A DNA stretch of 64,000 nucleotides, taken from positions 288,001 to 352,000 of the forward strand of contig CAWDVE010000013.1 in NCBI GenBank assembly GCA_963805625.1, in the 5' to 3' direction. The stretch is from an uncultured Candidatus Rokubacteria bacterium. Its GTDB lineage: Bacteria > Methylomirabilota > Methylomirabilia > Rokubacteriales > DASRDR01. Of this stretch, positions 60,803-64,000 are shown in pieces; position 1 is the first letter of the stretch, and each line of letters starts with the position of its first letter. The position numbers and the translations under genes are program-made. Below the pieces are notes generated by a model. It was not told the DNA's origin. It did not search any database and was given only the letters and a program-made list of their open reading frames with translations.

Positions 60803-60947
60803 GCGGCTCCCGAGTTCCTAGTCCGCCGGCCCCAACGAGCTGCGAAGCTAAGACATCATCGAGCGGCTCGCGCCGGCGAAGTGGAGTTGTTTCTATCTCT
60901 ACGTCACGCTCGACATCCTCAGCCGGTACGTCGACCGGTGGATGGTC
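60803..60947 (+). mobile_element. IS3-family transposase integrase-core remnant
   Basis: PNELRS*DIIERLAPAKWSCFYLYVTLDILSRYVDRWMV resembles PNQVWSWDIT..FYLYVILDIFSRYVVGW. Confidence 0.7.
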
Positions 60948-61171
60948 AGGACGACAGCGGGCGGAACGGCGAGTAGACCCAAGGCGAGACCGAGCACGAG
61001 GACCCCGTCTAGCATGGCGTCCTTCTCCAAGCGGGCACGGAACCGCCTGCCTCACCCTATCGCCGACCCAGCCCCGGACGCCAGACGCCCTCTGAGGCCC
61101 CCAGGCAGACGGAACTCGCCACGTTCATCCAACCGATGCTTTGCACGACCCTGCGCGCCCCGAACCGTCTC

Positions 61172-61367
61172 GGTGACCCGCGTGCGGCCCTGGAGAACCC
61201 TGGTTGCCGTCCTCCTCGGGGGCTTCGTCCTGAGCGGCTGCGCCCAGCCGGTCGCCATCCCGAGGCCGACCGACGCGCTCCTGCCACCGCCGCCCGCGCC
61301 GCTCATCGAGCGTCGGTGCTGGCGTTCGAAGTCGACGTGCGTATGGGGCGACTCCTTGATCCACTAG
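61172..61367 (+). other. short lipoprotein-like ORF or fragment
   Basis: VLSGC lipobox followed by a Pro-rich segment, ending at the SDR remnant. Confidence 0.35.
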
Positions 61368-61369
61368 GG

Positions 61370-61502
61370 CTAGCCGTCGAGGGTCTCGCCCCAGGATCGC
61401 AACGCGCGCATCCTCATCAGTCAACCGCCGGGCGATTGCCAGACCGATACCGCGCGTGCCGCCGGTGACGAGCGCAATCCGCCCTGAGAAGTTCACATCC
61501 AT
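61370..61502 (-). pseudogene. SDR oxidoreductase N-terminal remnant
   Basis: GGAGG RBS; [34 protein letters not shown], after which homology is lost. Confidence 0.75.
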
Positions 61503-61616
61503 TCCTCCCGAGGCGACAAGACCCTTCGCCGCCTTTGACGCCGAAGTCAGCGCGGTTCCGCTGGCTCATAGCGTCGCAGAGGGTTCGCCGTCCGATGCGA
61601 TGCGACATGCAATAGG

Positions 61617-61877
61617 TCACCACACGCGGACCAAGCCCGCAACCCCACGCCGAACGCGCCCGCAAAAGCACGGTTCGGAACGTCAATGATCCCCAGTTAC
61701 TCGCGACCCACCGCAGGGCGCATGCGGTCTCACGTCCGAGGCCGGCCGGCTTCCGGGGGTCATTCGGCGCCACTCCCAGGGCGGAACCGGCCGCCTGTCG
61801 GCCCACAGTCCGGCACGCGCGGCCCGGGCCTCCGCCTCGAGCGCAGCCAGCCGGCCGTCGGTGGAGTATCGCCGGAA
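61617..61877. repeat. ~260-bp direct repeat copy 2
   Basis: High similarity by eye to 58730-58987. Confidence 0.9.
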
Positions 61878-62354
61878 CCACCACGCGTAGCCGGCGCGGA
61901 CGAGCTCCTGGTTCAGGCTCCGGCCGTCGGGCAACCGCACCTCCGCCAGCAGGCGGCCGTATCGATCGCGGCCCGCCGCCTCGACGGCGACCACCTGCCC
62001 GAACGCGAGCGCCGCCACGTATTGCTTCGCGCGCTCGCCCCAGGGCTGCCCACGCTCCGGCGCGTCGATGCCCCGGAGCCGGACGACCTCGCCGCGGCCG
62101 GCCCGGAGAACGGTGAGCGTGTCGCCGTCGGCGACGCCGATGACGCGAGCCGTGAACGTTTCCGCCGACGCCGCCCGAGCCGCCCGAGCCGGCAGGATCG
62201 GCGGAGCCGGTGGAATCGGCAGAGTCCGCAGAATCGGCAGATCCGACAGGGTGGGGAGAGTCAGCAGAGTTGGCAGCGTCAGCAGCGGCAGCAGCGCGGC
62301 AAAGGCGAGCGCCCGCGTTCGCGGTCGCGTGCGACGGGCCCAGGCGCGCGAGAC
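61683..62354 (-). CDS. thermonuclease (SNase) family protein, no canonical start in frame
   Basis: VIGVADGDTL..VRLRGIDAPE.GQPWG..DRYGRLLA..GLW; upstream signal-like segment begins at GTC after GGGGAG. Confidence 0.75.
   Translation of the reverse strand, partial: VSRAWARRTRPRTRALAFAALLPLLTLPTLLTLPTLSDLPILRTLPIPPAPPILPARAARAASAETFTARVIGVADGDTLTVLRAGRGEVVRLRGIDAPERGQPWGERAKQYVAALAFGQVVAVEAAGRDRYGRLLAEVRLPDGRSLNQELVRAGYAWWFRRYSTDGRLAALEAEARAARAGLWADRRPVPPWEWRRMTPGSRPASDVRPHAPCGGSRVTGDH
62185..62295. repeat. degenerate 9-bp tandem repeat
   Basis: Units such as GAATCGGCA/GAGTCAGCA, encoding LPT-LLT-LPT-LSD-LPI-LRT-LPI on the minus strand. Confidence 0.6.
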
Positions 62355-62368
62355 GGTCGCCGACTCCC

Positions 62369-63979
62369 CTACCCGCGCGGCACCCGCGGCGGGGCGGTGA
62401 CCTTCCGGTACAGTAGCCGCAGCGCGGCCGTCCCCTCGCTGCCATGGATCACGTGGACCCGCACCGAGAGGACCTGGCCGTCGACGGGGGCGCGCACCTC
62501 GACGAGACGCCGCCCCTCGTCGCCAAGCCGCGCGAGCGTCCGCCGGGCCTGCGCGACGGCGTCGCGAGCGGACAGGAGATCCGTCTCCGTCTTGGCGAGG
62601 CTTCCCGGGGTGGCCAGTCCGGCGCCCACGAGGGCGCGCGCCTGGTCGGCGGCGGTCTCTCGCAGCCGCAGGGTGGCGAGACGCTCGGCCAGCTCGGCGA
62701 TCGCCTGCTGGCGCTGCCGCTCGAGCTCGGGGTCCTTCCAGGCGAGCCGCGCGAGGAGCTGCCCCTGCTGGACGCGGTCCCCTTCCCGGACGAGGAGCTC
62801 CCTCGCTGGGTCCGTGAGGTGGCCGATGAAGAGCTCGGTCACGTCGTCGAACTCGATCGTCGTCGCTGGCGCCACGGGCGCGGCACGCAGGGGCGGGGGC
62901 GCGGGCGCCGCCTCCCCGGGCGCTGCCTCCGCCGGCCGGATCGTCTGGACCAGGACGAGCCCCGACAGGACGAACAGGGTGCCGATCCTCGGGTCCTCCA
63001 GATCGCGCGGGCGGGCGAAGCGAAGCTCCAGCGCGCTGAGGCCGGTCCTGAGCGTCTCGTAGGCCTCGGGGTCGGGCTTGAGCGTCACCGCGTCCGGCGT
63101 CCGCACGACCCCGTGGAGGTACGTCTCGCCATCGGGGGGAATCTCGCGGAGAAGGTCACGGAGCAAGCGCTGGCTCAGGCTGACGGGCCGGGTCACAACG
63201 GTCACCGCCCGCCCCGCCTGGGCGACGATGCCGCTCGGATAGACGTTCGCGCTCTCGTTCGGGCCCACGGTGTGGATCGCGCCCGTCTCGGGGTCGAGGA
63301 CGATCAGCGTGCTCACGTTCTCGATCCCGAGGATCCGGACGCGCCGGTGGAGACGGCGCTGCGAGAGCCGGAAGAGGCCGTCGAGGTCGGCCCACACCTC
63401 ACGCGTCCCTTCCCAGCGGCGGAAGTCGACGATCGCCCCGGGGGTCGTGCGCGTCAGCACGTGGAGCGACCGCGCAAAGCCCATCTGATGGAGGGGCCAG
63501 AGGACAGCCAGCCCGAGGAGGAAGCCGGCGCCGAGGATGGCCTCGCCGCGCGAGCCCTCGGCGGGACGAAGCGCCTCGCGGCCCGGGAAGACCGCGCGCA
63601 CAGGGCTCGGGTAGCACAGCGGGACGCCGGGCGGGTTGGCGGCGTCCACCAGGAGATGGCTCAGGTAGCCGAGCGCGAACGCGAGCGGCCACCGCGGGTC
63701 GAGCCACGCGAGCGGCCAAACGAGCGGCAGGACCGGGAGGGTCGCCAGGGCGAGGCCGAGGAACGAGTGGGTCAGCGTCCGGTGGCCCACCCGGCGCTCG
63801 AGCCAGCCGGCCAGCGGGCGGCAGCAGCGGCCGATCGGCGACGTGGGCGTGTCGATGTCGGGCAGCAGCGCCCCGAGGAGGACGCACGCGGCGACCACGG
63901 GCGTGAGGGTGATACCGAGCACGGTCCCGGTCGCGATCGTGAAGACCAGCCCGAAGGTCGCGTGGGTCGGCGCGCGCAT
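62369..63979 (-). CDS. YdjM-like metal-dependent membrane hydrolase fused to C-terminal lipoyl/HlyD-like hairpin
   Basis: TH, LLPDID, GHRTLTHS, SHLLVD; C-terminal LLVREGDRVQQGQLLARL-coiled coil-VRAPVDGQV. Confidence 0.8.
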   Translation of the reverse strand: MRAPTHATFGLVFTIATGTVLGITLTPVVAACVLLGALLPDIDTPTSPIGRCCRPLAGWLERRVGHRTLTHSFLGLALATLPVLPLVWPLAWLDPRWPLAFALGYLSHLLVDAANPPGVPLCYPSPVRAVFPGREALRPAEGSRGEAILGAGFLLGLAVLWPLHQMGFARSLHVLTRTTPGAIVDFRRWEGTREVWADLDGLFRLSQRRLHRRVRILGIENVSTLIVLDPETGAIHTVGPNESANVYPSGIVAQAGRAVTVVTRPVSLSQRLLRDLLREIPPDGETYLHGVVRTPDAVTLKPDPEAYETLRTGLSALELRFARPRDLEDPRIGTLFVLSGLVLVQTIRPAEAAPGEAAPAPPPLRAAPVAPATTIEFDDVTELFIGHLTDPARELLVREGDRVQQGQLLARLAWKDPELERQRQQAIAELAERLATLRLRETAADQARALVGAGLATPGSLAKTETDLLSARDAVAQARRTLARLGDEGRRLVEVRAPVDGQVLSVRVHVIHGSEGTAALRLLYRKVTAPPRVPRG

Positions 63980-64000
63980 GGGGCGTCAGGGTCCTGCGGC

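Noticed and set aside
1-64000. CRISPR arrays, tRNA or rRNA genes
   Set aside because: No regularly spaced repeats or recognisable structural RNA genes seen by eye

Overview
High-GC bacterial window. The gene families (double-zinc-ribbon adenylate cyclase relic, several LLM/VOC enzymes, Tct transporter) suggest Ca. Rokubacteria/Methylomirabilota; this is an inference only. Layout: (1) 1-15.8 kb catabolic and transport genes; (2) 16-29.3 kb signalling, with an orphan family-5 SBP coupled to a frameshifted dCache-GAF hybrid kinase, a ThDP enzyme and a large multi-GAF hybrid kinase; (3) 29.6-49.1 kb respiratory island with 62 CxxCH plus 4 CX3/4CH motifs by manual count; (4) 49-64 kb relics, patatin, a badI-aliA(deleted)-badH-aliB cluster, ilvD-like gene, triplicated thermonuclease and a YdjM-HlyD-like fusion. 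The island's + arm encodes a menaquinol-type Rieske/cytochrome b complex, NapC/NrfH-like and other multiheme cytochromes, and a VKOR-thioredoxin with an in-frame UGA in a UxxC motif followed by a SECIS-like hairpin. Its convergent - arm encodes two NHL lipoproteins, an OmcE-like tetraheme, c7-type cytochromes, a predicted beta-barrel and an OmcE-domain 12-heme protein. Best candidates for novelty: a quinol-to-surface cytochrome-nanowire-type conduit and the selenocysteine VKOR-Trx. All family calls come from motif recognition by eye, with no database searches.
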